A stretch of 64,000 nucleotides of DNA from an uncultured Cytophagales bacterium (lineage in GTDB: Bacteria; Bacteroidota; Bacteroidia; Cytophagales; JAAEPT01): positions 81,735 through 145,734 of the forward strand of contig CAWKJU010000016.1 of NCBI GenBank assembly GCA_963849955.1. The letters are read 5' to 3'. Made by a program: the position numbers and the translations under genes. This document shows positions 15,548 to 25,417 of the stretch, piece by piece. Each line of letters opens with the position of its first letter. Position 1 is the stretch's first letter. The notes beneath the pieces were generated by a model. That model saw nothing but the letters and a program-made list of their open reading frames with translations, had not been told where the DNA came from and ran no database searches.

Positions 15548-15985
15548 TTAGCTGCTGGGAAGTATTTTTTTAATCAAAGCGCTAAACCGATAGGTAAATG
15601 AATTTTTATCGATTACAGGACAGCCTGTTGCTTCTGATATTAATGGTGCTTTAAATGGCTTTGCTCTAAAGTCCCCTTTAGTCATAAATTCGACAAACAC
15701 TTCGTGTGCGTTTAATGCTTTTGTTTCATAAGCATAAACCACATTTTGGTGTTCTCGATTGATGTTTGTTGCTTTTATTCCCTCAATAGACTTTAAAGCT
15801 TGATTGATTTCTTTTGCTTTTTCATCCGTTATAGGTTCCTCAAAGTCGATCCGCGATAACTGCCAATTTTGGTGATGAGTCTGTTCACTCGGGGTAACAA
15901 GATATAAATGAATACCCAAAGTGATTACCGCGAGAAGAAGTAGGGATAATAAGAAAATTGAAATGCGTGTGATGTATTTTTTCAT
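15548..15985 (-). CDS. Membrane-anchored hypothetical protein
   Basis: 145 aa with an N-terminal TM helix. The C-terminal part has a ferredoxin-like/HMA-like pattern (IEGIKATNINREHQNVVYAYE) but lacks the CxxC motif. Confidence 0.45.
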   Translation of the reverse strand: MKKYITRISIFLLSLLLLAVITLGIHLYLVTPSEQTHHQNWQLSRIDFEEPITDEKAKEINQALKSIEGIKATNINREHQNVVYAYETKALNAHEVFVEFMTKGDFRAKPFKAPLISEATGCPVIDKNSFTYRFSALIKKILPSS

Positions 15986-16347
15986 AGTCTGAGTTGGATT
16001 TGATGATGATGCTTACAAAACCTACGACCAGACTTAGCGATTTGGATTTATTGAATTGAAAAAAACTTAAAAAAAATGAATTGATAGTTAAAACTAACTG
16101 GTTTTTAACTATTTATATTGTATCTCTTTATTTTTTTGCTATCATTATTTTTTGACTCGTTCAACTCGAGCCACCTACATTGTTCCTATTTATCTTGATA
16201 AAAAAAACAAAACCTGGACAGTTTGGAAAACTGTGATTAGTTACGCTTATTAATTTGTGATCTAACTATCGGTCTCATCAAAAAGCGTGAAGAGATTAGT
16301 GACTAGGAGGTGAGCTAAAAAAATAATGAATCAGTAAAAATAAGCTC

Positions 16348-17187
16348 TTAGGTATTTCCAATTACATATAGTTGTTCAAGGTTAGGTGTTGGACTACCAC
16401 CTTTTTTCTCTAATGTAATGGCAAATGCCTGGGCGCCTCTAACATCTGGAATTGCTTGTAGAGTATTTATTTCGGTATTTATAGTCACTACACCCATATC
16501 TACTGGTGAGCCATCTACAATTGCCCACAGTTGATAGTCTTGTTCGCTCGGAGGAGCAGGAAGGTTTTGAATAGACATCATTCCTTTTTGTGTGTTTGGA
16601 TTCCAATACACCGTAGATTGCGTTTCTGGATGGGCTTCTGTTCCCTTAAGTATTATTTTAGCCGTGTTTTCGTTGGACAAAAAGGCAATTTGTTCTTGAG
16701 TGGTTTCCATTTCTGCTCTGATACTGGCTAGTGTATTTTCAAGCTGTTGCTTTTCCTCGGCCGCAGTTTCCAATTGAGCTACATATTGGTTTTGCTGTTG
16801 ATTGCCACTATAAAGTAAAGAAGCGGTAATAATAAACCCAATTACCGCTGCGGCTGCCAACCATTTCCAAGAGCCAGCCCCTTGTATTTCAGATTCTAAT
16901 GCTACAATTTTTGCTTCTTTGGGAGAGGATGTTGTTTTATCTTGTTCTTCCTTTTCTTGTGGTAGGTTATCTATTGCTGCTAACAAATCCGTTTTGACAT
17001 GTACAGGAACTACTTCTTTAGACCTGAAAGCAAACGACTCCATAGCCAGCTCAATGGCATGTAGTTCTTCTTTTATTTCGGGGTAAATATGAGACATACA
17101 TTCTACTTCCTGCTTTTCCTGAGAAGAAGCGGTGCCTAGAATGTAACTCTCCAGTATCCCTGACGATATGTAAGCTTGAATATCCAA
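16348..17187 (-). CDS. Anti-sigma factor (RskA-like C-terminal domain)
   Basis: 279 aa. It has an N-terminal zinc-finger-like anti-sigma region, a central TM helix (WKWLAAAAVIGFIITASLLY) and the C-terminal pattern YQLWAIVDGSPVDMGV...AFAITLEKKGGSPTP. It lies 1 nt downstream of the sigma gene. Confidence 0.8.
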   Translation of the reverse strand: MDIQAYISSGILESYILGTASSQEKQEVECMSHIYPEIKEELHAIELAMESFAFRSKEVVPVHVKTDLLAAIDNLPQEKEEQDKTTSSPKEAKIVALESEIQGAGSWKWLAAAAVIGFIITASLLYSGNQQQNQYVAQLETAAEEKQQLENTLASIRAEMETTQEQIAFLSNENTAKIILKGTEAHPETQSTVYWNPNTQKGMMSIQNLPAPPSEQDYQLWAIVDGSPVDMGVVTINTEINTLQAIPDVRGAQAFAITLEKKGGSPTPNLEQLYVIGNT

Positions 17188-17188
17188 G

Positions 17189-17656
17189 TTATGTACCTAC
17201 TATTTTTCGCAATTCTATCAATGCACTCCTGGCTCTCGTTTTCACTGTCCCTAGGGGAATATTTAGTTCTTCAGATAATTCCTGTTGGGTATACCCTTTG
17301 AAATATAAATATTCAAGAACAAGTTGATAATCAGGATTCAATTTTGCAATGACTTCTGTCAGTCCTATTGAATTGGTTTTAATATCTAAGCTATCCGATT
17401 CAACATTACTTACGCTATTGTCAAATCTTTGGATTGGTGACTCGCTCTCACGTTTTGTTTTTCGATACTGATCTATTGCCGAATTTCTCGCAATATTAAG
17501 CATCCACGTAAAAATAGTTGATTTTTCTCGATCGTATTGCGCAATTTTTGACCAGATTTTAACAAAAGTGGCTTGTAATACGTCTGCGGCAACCTCTTCA
17601 GATTGTACAATCCTAAAAATAACACCATACAATGCCCCCGAATAGTTATCATACAA
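17189..17656 (-). CDS. ECF-type RNA polymerase sigma-70 factor (true start probably upstream of 17656; no canonical ATG)
   Basis: Region 2 (FRIVQSEEVAADVLQATFVKIW...) and region 4 (YFKGYTQQELSEELNIPLGTVKTRARSAL) are present. The track start is a TTG. The frame stays open to 17749 and encodes a typical sigma N-terminus (TEQLVLLVKQGDKKAFEEL). Confidence 0.85.
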   Translation of the reverse strand: MYDNYSGALYGVIFRIVQSEEVAADVLQATFVKIWSKIAQYDREKSTIFTWMLNIARNSAIDQYRKTKRESESPIQRFDNSVSNVESDSLDIKTNSIGLTEVIAKLNPDYQLVLEYLYFKGYTQQELSEELNIPLGTVKTRARSALIELRKIVGT

Positions 17657-17833
17657 CTCTTCAAAAGCTTTTTTATCTCCTTGTTTTACAAGTAAGACCA
17701 GTTGTTCGGTATGTTCGGTTTGGCCTATTGGTTCAGTGTTAATTAAGCCTCAAAGTAAAGAAATCTATTTAGACTTAATGAACACTGATCTATTTATTTT
17801 AAGTTTTTTCGGTAAAAAATTGTAAAGCTAAAA

Positions 17834-19786
17834 TCAATATATACTGATTTCTATCCTTCTATTCCTGGCTCTTTCAAGTGCTGAATGGCCTTTTGTGATC
17901 GGCTCTTTTTCGCCCATAGCTTGAGTAGTTATTCGGTGTTTTGCTACACCTTGCTTTTTTAGATATTCAGCTGCCATCTCAACTCTTAAGGCTGAAAGTT
18001 TTAAGTTGTACTCTTCAGATCCAATTTCATCAGAATGCCCTACAAGGGCTACTTTTAAGTCTTTGTTTTGATTCAATTTGACTGACACCGCCTGTAATAT
18101 TTCTTGCGACATCTTATTTAGTTCGGTTTTATTATAGTCAAACATCAGCATCGACACGCCATACCCCTCTTCTAATAAAGAACCTATTTCTTCACTGGCT
18201 AACATTTCTTCTGAGGTTTCTGCAGTTTCCGGGTTAGTTAATAGGATGACATATTTCACACTTTCCCCTTTTACTAGTGTTTTTTCAATTTCAACAACCT
18301 CTTCTTTAATTATTTTATCCCCTTGTGTTACAAAAACGCGATATGCATTATCAGATACTAACTGTTTCTCGAAAGTACCATCTGCAGCAACCTGAACCTG
18401 AGCGCTGAATGGATGCTGTACTCCACCTTCTGAGTTAAAGAACACTAACAATTCTTCCGAAGCATTAGTCGTCTTATTTGAAACTGTGCCTACGACATTC
18501 ACCATTTGCACATTATAAGCCATGTAGATATCTAGCTGACCTTTTCCTTCTTCACGATGAGAAGCAAAAGTCGCTATCGTCTTGTTTCTATTTTCCTGAT
18601 AATACAAATCGTGGTGTGCAGTATTGATTGGGTATCCTAAATTTTCTGGTGCAGACCAATAGCCCCCTGGTAAGAAGGTGGATTTAAAGATGTCAAAACC
18701 ACCCATGCTTTTGTCGTTATTAGAAGAGAAATACAGACTTTTTCCATCAGGAGAAAGGAATGGAGATGTTTCATCAAAGTGTGTATTTAACGGTTCACCG
18801 AGTGGTTGTGGTTCTTCCCAAAAACCCCAATTATTTCTAGAGCTATAATACAAGTCCGAGTCTTGGCGAAACAATCCTTTCGCCTTTTTTGAAAAGATAA
18901 TCATGTTCCCATCATCGCTTACTGTAGCATGACCATCCGTTCCAAAATTGTTGATCTCAATCAGTTGATCAGAAGTGAACCAGTTGCCTCGATGATCTTT
19001 TTTGAGCATAAAAATTTTGCCTTTACCCTCTCCACGATACGCCAACATTTGGTTATCACCACCAAATAACTGGATACAAGCTTCATGTTGTTCGTTATTT
19101 CGCTTTCTTATCGATTGAGGAACACTCCACAGTCCCATTGCATTTTTTTGAGTCACAAATACCGTTTCGTAATAATCACCATTCTTGTCTTGTGGTGCTT
19201 CTTCATGAAGCTTTGTTTTTGAGGTATAATATATAGTAGATCCGTTGTCTCCAATAATAGGACTATGGTCATCATATTCGCTATTAGTTCCATTATTAAA
19301 TGCAACTATTACCGTTTCATTTGGATTGGACATTAGCCTCTCCCCATTATATGCCTGCTTAATAAGTGTCAATAGTTCATGACGTGCTTTATCTGATCTG
19401 TTTAGCGACCTTAAATAATTTGCATATTCATTAACTGCTAAATCAAATTGATGATTTTGGTGATACGCTCGTCCTAACCAATAACTATAGGCTTCGTCTA
19501 CTCCACTAATAGGATCTATATCATAAGCTTTTTTAAGATGGATTAAGGCTGTTTCAAAAGAAGAAGTGTGCAAACAACTGATTCCTAAACTGTAGTGAAA
19601 CCAAGCATCATCAGGGTCCTCCTCAACAATTCTTTTTAACAACTCTTTGGCATTATGGTAACGTTCAGAAGCCAGTTCAGCAGTGGCTTCTTTCTTCATT
19701 TTTTCAATATCATTGTTCGCAAAAACTGTTATTGCCACAAAGACAAGTATGATAATGATTATCGGTTCAATTATATTCTTTCCCAT
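17834..19786 (-). CDS. TPR / PD40 (TolB-like beta-propeller) / OmpA-family C-terminal domain protein
   Basis: 650 aa with an N-terminal anchor and TPR-like helices. Repeated 'SPxxSxDGxxxxFxS' PD40 motifs are present. The C-terminal OmpA_C-like domain carries GHSDEIGSEEYNLKLSALRV...NRRIEI. Confidence 0.85.
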   Translation of the reverse strand: MGKNIIEPIIIIILVFVAITVFANNDIEKMKKEATAELASERYHNAKELLKRIVEEDPDDAWFHYSLGISCLHTSSFETALIHLKKAYDIDPISGVDEAYSYWLGRAYHQNHQFDLAVNEYANYLRSLNRSDKARHELLTLIKQAYNGERLMSNPNETVIVAFNNGTNSEYDDHSPIIGDNGSTIYYTSKTKLHEEAPQDKNGDYYETVFVTQKNAMGLWSVPQSIRKRNNEQHEACIQLFGGDNQMLAYRGEGKGKIFMLKKDHRGNWFTSDQLIEINNFGTDGHATVSDDGNMIIFSKKAKGLFRQDSDLYYSSRNNWGFWEEPQPLGEPLNTHFDETSPFLSPDGKSLYFSSNNDKSMGGFDIFKSTFLPGGYWSAPENLGYPINTAHHDLYYQENRNKTIATFASHREEGKGQLDIYMAYNVQMVNVVGTVSNKTTNASEELLVFFNSEGGVQHPFSAQVQVAADGTFEKQLVSDNAYRVFVTQGDKIIKEEVVEIEKTLVKGESVKYVILLTNPETAETSEEMLASEEIGSLLEEGYGVSMLMFDYNKTELNKMSQEILQAVSVKLNQNKDLKVALVGHSDEIGSEEYNLKLSALRVEMAAEYLKKQGVAKHRITTQAMGEKEPITKGHSALERARNRRIEISIY

Positions 19787-19991
19787 GATGTTGATGGTTT
19801 GTTATTGGATATAAAACTAGACAAAGTAAATGCACAAAACCATTTATGATAATTAATGTATTTAATGATTTGCATTAAATTTTTTAATCATAAAATAAAG
19901 AACAGCAAGTGATAGGTTGCAATAAAAGTAGCCTTTTAATTCAAGTAAAAAATAGAGAAAAAGCAATTTACGTATTAATACTCAGTAGACG

Positions 19992-20285
19992 CTATAGCTT
20001 AATACCGAAGCGACTAAGCATTTTCTTCTCAAACATCCAAGCAAATTTCCATTGCCCAAGAAGAAAACCAAAACCTAAAAACAGTAATTGATAAATAGGG
20101 AAAACTACTAATATTCTAATTGGCCAATATAACCAAGGATTCATCTCATCTGTTACACCTATAAGCTCAAGCAATGGTTTTGCAACTCGAACAGCTGTAG
20201 AACCTGTTATTGCAAACAAAATAATAACCACTACAACTGACCAATTATTTTTAAGCTGCCACCTTTCTTTTAGCTTTTCCCACAT
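19992..20285 (-). CDS. Small membrane protein (DUF6787-like)
   Basis: 97 aa with two or three TM segments. It is a conserved-looking partner 2 nt downstream of the pseudouridine synthase gene. The family name is from memory. Confidence 0.45.
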   Translation of the reverse strand: MWEKLKERWQLKNNWSVVVVIILFAITGSTAVRVAKPLLELIGVTDEMNPWLYWPIRILVVFPIYQLLFLGFGFLLGQWKFAWMFEKKMLSRFGIKL

Positions 20286-20287
20286 GA

Positions 20288-21007
20288 TTATATCCTTTTC
20301 AAATCTCGTTTGTCAATTTTATCAAATACTAACCACTGTTCCCAAAATTGGTCTTCGGGTAAAGGGCCTTTTATTTGCATAGCTTCTTTGGTAACCGGAT
20401 GCTCAAAATTTACTTTTCGAGCGTGCAAATTGATGCTTCTATCAGGATTAGGTTTGTCAAAACCATATTTAATATCCCCTCTTATTGGACAGCCCATACT
20501 GGCTAATTGTACACGAATTTGGTGAGGCCGACCAGTAATTGGGAGTACCTCTAATAAATAATGATCATTTAGGGCTCCTAATAATTTGTAGGTCAACTCG
20601 GCTTTTTTTGAGTTAGGTACTTCTTCATCATGCGCAGTGACTGTATTGGTTTTTTCTTCTTTAATGAGCCAATGAGTTAACTTACCTGATGGGTTTTTGG
20701 GTTTCTCTTTTACCACAGCCCAATAAGTTTTATAGATTTTTTTCTCGCGAAGCATTTTATTCATTCGCTCCAAGGCTTTTGACGTTCGCGCAAACATCAC
20801 CAAACCGCTTACAGGTCTGTCAATGCGATGAATTGTCCCTAAATAAACAGCCCCTGGTTTTTTATACTTCAGCTTGATATAGTCTTTTACATAATCTGCC
20901 AAACACTTATCCCCTGTGTTGTCACCTTGCACAAGTATGCGGCTTTTTTTGTTGACCACGATGAGGTGGTTGTCTTCGTATACTGGGAAAAAGGGACGTT
21001 TATCCAT
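20288..21007 (-). CDS. RluA-family RNA pseudouridine synthase
   Basis: 239 aa. It has the catalytic Asp motif HRIDRPVSGLV and the GRPHQIRVQL motif. Confidence 0.9.
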   Translation of the reverse strand: MDKRPFFPVYEDNHLIVVNKKSRILVQGDNTGDKCLADYVKDYIKLKYKKPGAVYLGTIHRIDRPVSGLVMFARTSKALERMNKMLREKKIYKTYWAVVKEKPKNPSGKLTHWLIKEEKTNTVTAHDEEVPNSKKAELTYKLLGALNDHYLLEVLPITGRPHQIRVQLASMGCPIRGDIKYGFDKPNPDRSINLHARKVNFEHPVTKEAMQIKGPLPEDQFWEQWLVFDKIDKRDLKRI

Positions 21008-21010
21008 TTT

Positions 21011-21829
21011 CTAATAACTTTCTTTATCATTCGGGAAATCACCTGATTTCACGTCTTTTATATAATTTTCTACAGCCCCAGTCATGATGGTATGCAAATC
21101 AGCATATCTTCTTAAGAAGCGAGGTTTGAACTCTTTATTGATACCCATCATATCGTGCGTCACTAATACTTGTCCATCAACATGATTTCCTGCCCCAATA
21201 CCTATGACGGGTATTGAAAGCTCTGAGGCTACGCGTTTAGCAAGTGCTTCGGGAATTTTTTCTAATACTACTGCAAAGCAACCGATATCTTGAAGTAAAC
21301 GAGCATCTTCTAACAGTTTATTCGCCTCTTCTTCTTCTGTTGCACGTACAGCATACGTTCCAAACTTGTATATGGATTGAGGCGTTAATCCCAAATGCCC
21401 CATAACTGGTATTCCTGCTGACAAAATTCGAATAATCGATTCTTTGATCTCTGCTCCACCTTCTAGTTTCAATGAATGGGCTTCCGATTCTTTCATGATT
21501 CGAATTGCTGAACGTAGGGCTTCTGAAGAATTTCCTTGGTAAGACCCGAAAGGCATATCCACAACTACTAATGCGCGGTTGACTCCTCGGATAACGGATT
21601 TCGCATGGTAAATCATTTCATCCAAGGTCATAGGGACAGTAGTTTCTCTGCCAGCCATCACATTTGAAGCCGAATCTCCTACTAATAATACATCGATGCC
21701 TGCACTATCCAATATAGTGGTCATCGAAAAATCATATGCTGTAAGCATGGAAATTTTTTCGCCACGGGCTTTCATTTCCTGAAGCTGGTGGGTGGTGACC
21801 TTTTTGATTTTTGATTTTGCTGCAGACAT
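21011..21829 (-). CDS. panB: 3-methyl-2-oxobutanoate hydroxymethyltransferase
   Basis: 272 aa. It carries the PanB signature stretches [26 protein letters not shown] and KLEGG. Confidence 0.95.
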   Translation of the reverse strand: MSAAKSKIKKVTTHQLQEMKARGEKISMLTAYDFSMTTILDSAGIDVLLVGDSASNVMAGRETTVPMTLDEMIYHAKSVIRGVNRALVVVDMPFGSYQGNSSEALRSAIRIMKESEAHSLKLEGGAEIKESIIRILSAGIPVMGHLGLTPQSIYKFGTYAVRATEEEEANKLLEDARLLQDIGCFAVVLEKIPEALAKRVASELSIPVIGIGAGNHVDGQVLVTHDMMGINKEFKPRFLRRYADLHTIMTGAVENYIKDVKSGDFPNDKESY

Positions 21830-21833
21830 GCGT

Positions 21834-22607
21834 TTATTTGATTAAATACATCGTTCCAAATACACCTGCGTCTATCCAACCACGATCTTTTTCTTCTCCC
21901 TCAATCACCATCGTACCCACAAAGTTTTCACGGGTCTCACTGGTGTCATTGTCACAATAGGCTAACGCAAACCCCATCTCTTTTCCTTCTTTTAAGTCTA
22001 CTGTTGCATTATCTTCTTTCCCATCAACATAGGTGTTATTGAAAATAGTGATTGCAAATTCCCATGTCGACTTCTTTCCATTTGTCGTTCGCTTCATTTG
22101 AACATGATTGTTATACAAGTGGGGTTGTTCGTCTGGACCAAGATCTACCACATTTCCATCAGTTAGTACATGATAGGCGAAAGCATTGTGATTAAATTGG
22201 TGCTCTCCATCCGAGTTATCTTCATCAATAAAAATTTCCACGCAGTCGTTATCCCACCATTTATTATCCCAGTTAGGGTGAATAGTGATTACGGTATCAT
22301 CCAAAATTTCCACTAAAAGGTATAAAGTTGAGTCATTCCACACGGCTTTAAATTTCCCTTGAAAATCGGTAGAGTCATACTTCTCTCCCAACCACCGCTC
22401 GTCTATTGGATAGAAAGTAGCTTCATCCCAAATTGCTTCATTAGCCATTCCATCCACAAATACTTCTTCTGTGGTGTACTTGGCTTTATGCTCACCTTTT
22501 TGGGGAGACGCCTCTACTTGTGTCTCTTCTTTTTCGGTTGGTGTAGTTTCTGGGCTAGAGCATGCAACCAACCCACTTAATAATAAGGCAACAAAAGTGT
22601 ATTTCAT
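21834..22607 (-). CDS. Lipoprotein with a carbohydrate-binding family 9-like domain
   Basis: 257 aa with a lipobox (LSGLVACSS). The aromatic-rich beta-sandwich pattern ([13 protein letters not shown]..., [28 protein letters not shown]) is reminiscent of CBM9/DOMON-like sugar-binding proteins. Confidence 0.55.
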   Translation of the reverse strand: MKYTFVALLLSGLVACSSPETTPTEKEETQVEASPQKGEHKAKYTTEEVFVDGMANEAIWDEATFYPIDERWLGEKYDSTDFQGKFKAVWNDSTLYLLVEILDDTVITIHPNWDNKWWDNDCVEIFIDEDNSDGEHQFNHNAFAYHVLTDGNVVDLGPDEQPHLYNNHVQMKRTTNGKKSTWEFAITIFNNTYVDGKEDNATVDLKEGKEMGFALAYCDNDTSETRENFVGTMVIEGEEKDRGWIDAGVFGTMYLIK

Positions 22608-22647
22608 CTAATTCTTTTTTTTTCGAAAAACAAAGATAGGATTAAAG

Positions 22648-23949
22648 TTACAAACCCGAAGATTTTAGTGGTGCATTCATTTGTTTTACCTCTCGAAGAA
22701 TAAAAAATACTACCACAAAAAACTGTATCCACAGTACCCAGGGTGATTGTGTAAATTGAGTGGTTTGATAAGTAATGTAGGTAAAACAGCAAGTAAAACT
22801 CCAGACAAGCACATAGTTTAGTTTAGTAAATGCTCCATAGAACACTAAAGCGGCTACATACCATGGATGAATGGTTGAAGAGAATAAAAAATATACCGTG
22901 AAGACAAGTAAACTGCTTCGCAACAACTCCTGAGTAGAAATGATGGGACGGGTATAAACACACCCAATTAAACCTAGCGCAATTAACTTAATAATTAAAT
23001 CCAAACCATTGAATACATAACCATCAAGCCACTTGCCTATTTGGTGGATTGCACCGTAAAATTCAAAGTGATTAAAGTATAAACTCAAACCCTTATGAGC
23101 ATTCAAGACTTCCGGAGAAATAAAAGGGATGAACAATACCATCGAAAACCCAATCGCAATCATTCCTAGTTTTAATCCATTTTTCCAACCTATTTTAGTA
23201 ATCAGTAGTGGCAAGATGAGTAGAGGAATCAATTTACTACAAATGGCAAAAGCCAAACTTATTCCCGCTAGGTGATTTCTTTTTTTAATAAAGAGTGCTA
23301 CAAATAAAGCTATAAAAAACACCATAAAGGCTTCAGAATGTGCATTAGCGCTTAACTCCACCACCACCAAAGGGTTAAGTCCATAAATTACTAATGGTAA
23401 ATTGCCTTGTTTAAAATGCCTACTAATTTTTATGAATAAAAAAAGAGTTCCAATCTCTGCTGAAATAGCTAATACTTTCAAAATTAGCACTGATGCGCTT
23501 AAACTACCGCCCAACGCACTGAGGGCAAACATCAGTTGATTGGTAGGAGGGTATACCGAATAAAAATTGGGTGAATTCATTTGCTCATAAAAAACAGAAG
23601 TATGCATTAACCCATTTTCAATTGCTTCAGAAGGTGTGTAGGCAAAGGGGTTAATTCCTTTCAACACCAACTGTCCGTCCCAAATATAACGATAGAAATC
23701 ATCCGTCAAGGAAGGGAGCGAGCCAACTAAAACTACCCGAAACAAAATGGCTATCCATAAGATTTGCCGCTCAGAAAATTGATTATGGTTTTTAAGAAAA
23801 TAGAGGTAAAAAGCAAACAGACTGATAAAACAGGTAATCAAATAGATAAACTCACTTCTAGGAAAAGTATACCCAATCGCTACATATGCAATCAAAGAAA
23901 GTGCTGAAGCAGCAAAGAATTGCGCTTTGTTTTTAACTGTATCGAGCAT
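22648..23949 (-). CDS. Polytopic GT-C-like membrane glycosyltransferase (DUF2029/PMT_2-like)
   Basis: 433 aa with about 11 or more TM segments. An early loop carries an acidic motif (SLTDDFYRYIWDG) typical of GT-C enzymes. It overlaps the upstream GT2 gene by 17 nt. Confidence 0.55.
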   Translation of the reverse strand: MLDTVKNKAQFFAASALSLIAYVAIGYTFPRSEFIYLITCFISLFAFYLYFLKNHNQFSERQILWIAILFRVVLVGSLPSLTDDFYRYIWDGQLVLKGINPFAYTPSEAIENGLMHTSVFYEQMNSPNFYSVYPPTNQLMFALSALGGSLSASVLILKVLAISAEIGTLFLFIKISRHFKQGNLPLVIYGLNPLVVVELSANAHSEAFMVFFIALFVALFIKKRNHLAGISLAFAICSKLIPLLILPLLITKIGWKNGLKLGMIAIGFSMVLFIPFISPEVLNAHKGLSLYFNHFEFYGAIHQIGKWLDGYVFNGLDLIIKLIALGLIGCVYTRPIISTQELLRSSLLVFTVYFLFSSTIHPWYVAALVFYGAFTKLNYVLVWSFTCCFTYITYQTTQFTQSPWVLWIQFFVVVFFILREVKQMNAPLKSSGL

Positions 23950-25417
23950 GTTTAATAGAAAAATAAAAGACTGTTGCGAAACCCATCATCAACATGATAT
24001 GAAAAGCTACTAAGTAATAATCATGATAATGAACACCTAACCAGATACCAAAACCAAAATAGAGTGTTAACACACCTTCTAAAATGGTTAACCAACCTAT
24101 GTTTTTAGCTTTGTAAATGTTCTCCTTCCAACTGTCCCCTTTTTCTTTGATGTTAAATTTGGGTGTACGAATGAAGGGAGATTTTTTCCCCAGATAGCCT
24201 TCAATTACTGCAATGCCATTATGTAGTGACAATCCCATGGATAAACTCAGAAACAGTGGGAAGTGAAATAGAAAAGATAATATAGCCTTGAACGATTTTC
24301 CATTAAGCTGGAAATAGGAAACACCATAAAACAGACCTAGGGTCAATAAACTCAGCAAAAAAATTGATGCAGCTTGAAAAAGAAAAACCAAATGGCTAGG
24401 GACGTGGGTTTTAGCAAGTATAACCGGCACACTCAACAAAGAAGAAATTAAAACGGAAAGGAATACACCGCTATTCAATAAATGAAAGGTTGAATGAAAT
24501 TTGGTGCCAAACGGTAGCTTTTTTTCAAATACTCGTTTGAGGTTTTTCATGGTGTTTTCAGCTGCTCCTTTCGTCCATCGGAATTGTTGTGATTTTAGCG
24601 CATTCATGGTGGCGGGCAATTCAGCAGGAGCGCCTATGTGTTCGAGGTATTTAAAATCCCAACCACAGAGTTGCGCGCGATAACTCAAGTCTAAATCTTC
24701 GGTTAGCGTATCTGCCTGCCAGTTGCCTGCATCATAAATACAAGCTTTTCGCCAAACACCACCCGTGCCATTGAAGTTGATAAAATGACCCGCGGAATTT
24801 CTCCCCACTTGTTCTACCGTAAAGTGTGCATCCAAACCAAAAGCCTGTAATTTAGTAAGGTATGAATAGTCTTTATTGAGATGTTCCCAACGGGTTTGGA
24901 CCACGCCTAGTTTTTGATTGGTCACCAAATGAGGTATCGTTTTTAAAAGAAAGTCTACCCGGGGTAAAAAATCTGCATCAAAAATCGCAATGAACTCACC
25001 TTTTGCTTTTTCTAAACCATATTTCAAAGCACCAGCTTTGTAGCCAGTTCTATCGGGTCTTCTAATCAGTTGAATATCTAACCCTACCGATTGGTACTTG
25101 TTTATTTTTTTTTCAATAATAGCTGTCGTTTCATCGTTAGAGTCATCCAGAAGTTGTATCTCCAGTTTTTCTTTCGGATAATGAAGTGAAGCGATGCAGT
25201 CTATTAATCGATCCACCACATACAATTCATTGTATAAAGGTAGCTGAACGGTGACTAGCGGATAGTCTTTAATTTCTAATTTTGGAGTTTCAACAGGCTG
25301 GTTTTGTTTGTCCTTCAAATACAAAATCACTAAATGCATTTGGGATAAGCTATAGAAGAAAATGAAAGCAAGTGCTAACGCATAAAAAATTAAAAGAATC
25401 CAACTTCCGATGATCAT
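23933..25417 (-). CDS. Processive family-2 glycosyltransferase (cellulose-synthase/CslA-like, membrane-embedded)
   Basis: 494 aa with an N-terminal TM helix. The GT-A domain has the DDS, DAD (AIFDADF) and TED (TLTEDLDLS) motifs and the QxxRW motif (QQFRWTKG). Four to five C-terminal TM helices follow. Confidence 0.8.
   Translation of the reverse strand: MIIGSWILLIFYALALAFIFFYSLSQMHLVILYLKDKQNQPVETPKLEIKDYPLVTVQLPLYNELYVVDRLIDCIASLHYPKEKLEIQLLDDSNDETTAIIEKKINKYQSVGLDIQLIRRPDRTGYKAGALKYGLEKAKGEFIAIFDADFLPRVDFLLKTIPHLVTNQKLGVVQTRWEHLNKDYSYLTKLQAFGLDAHFTVEQVGRNSAGHFINFNGTGGVWRKACIYDAGNWQADTLTEDLDLSYRAQLCGWDFKYLEHIGAPAELPATMNALKSQQFRWTKGAAENTMKNLKRVFEKKLPFGTKFHSTFHLLNSGVFLSVLISSLLSVPVILAKTHVPSHLVFLFQAASIFLLSLLTLGLFYGVSYFQLNGKSFKAILSFLFHFPLFLSLSMGLSLHNGIAVIEGYLGKKSPFIRTPKFNIKEKGDSWKENIYKAKNIGWLTILEGVLTLYFGFGIWLGVHYHDYYLVAFHIMLMMGFATVFYFSIKHARYS

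Noticed and set aside
15986-16347. A 362-bp gene-free region, examined for an sRNA, riboswitch or tmRNA/SRP/RNase P.
   Set aside because: Only weak hairpins were found: agttaaaa...ttttaact near 16086, and acagttt-gga-aaactgt near 16217, the latter possibly a minus-strand terminator for the anti-sigma gene. No conserved ncRNA signature that I recognise is present, so there is not enough to call a feature.
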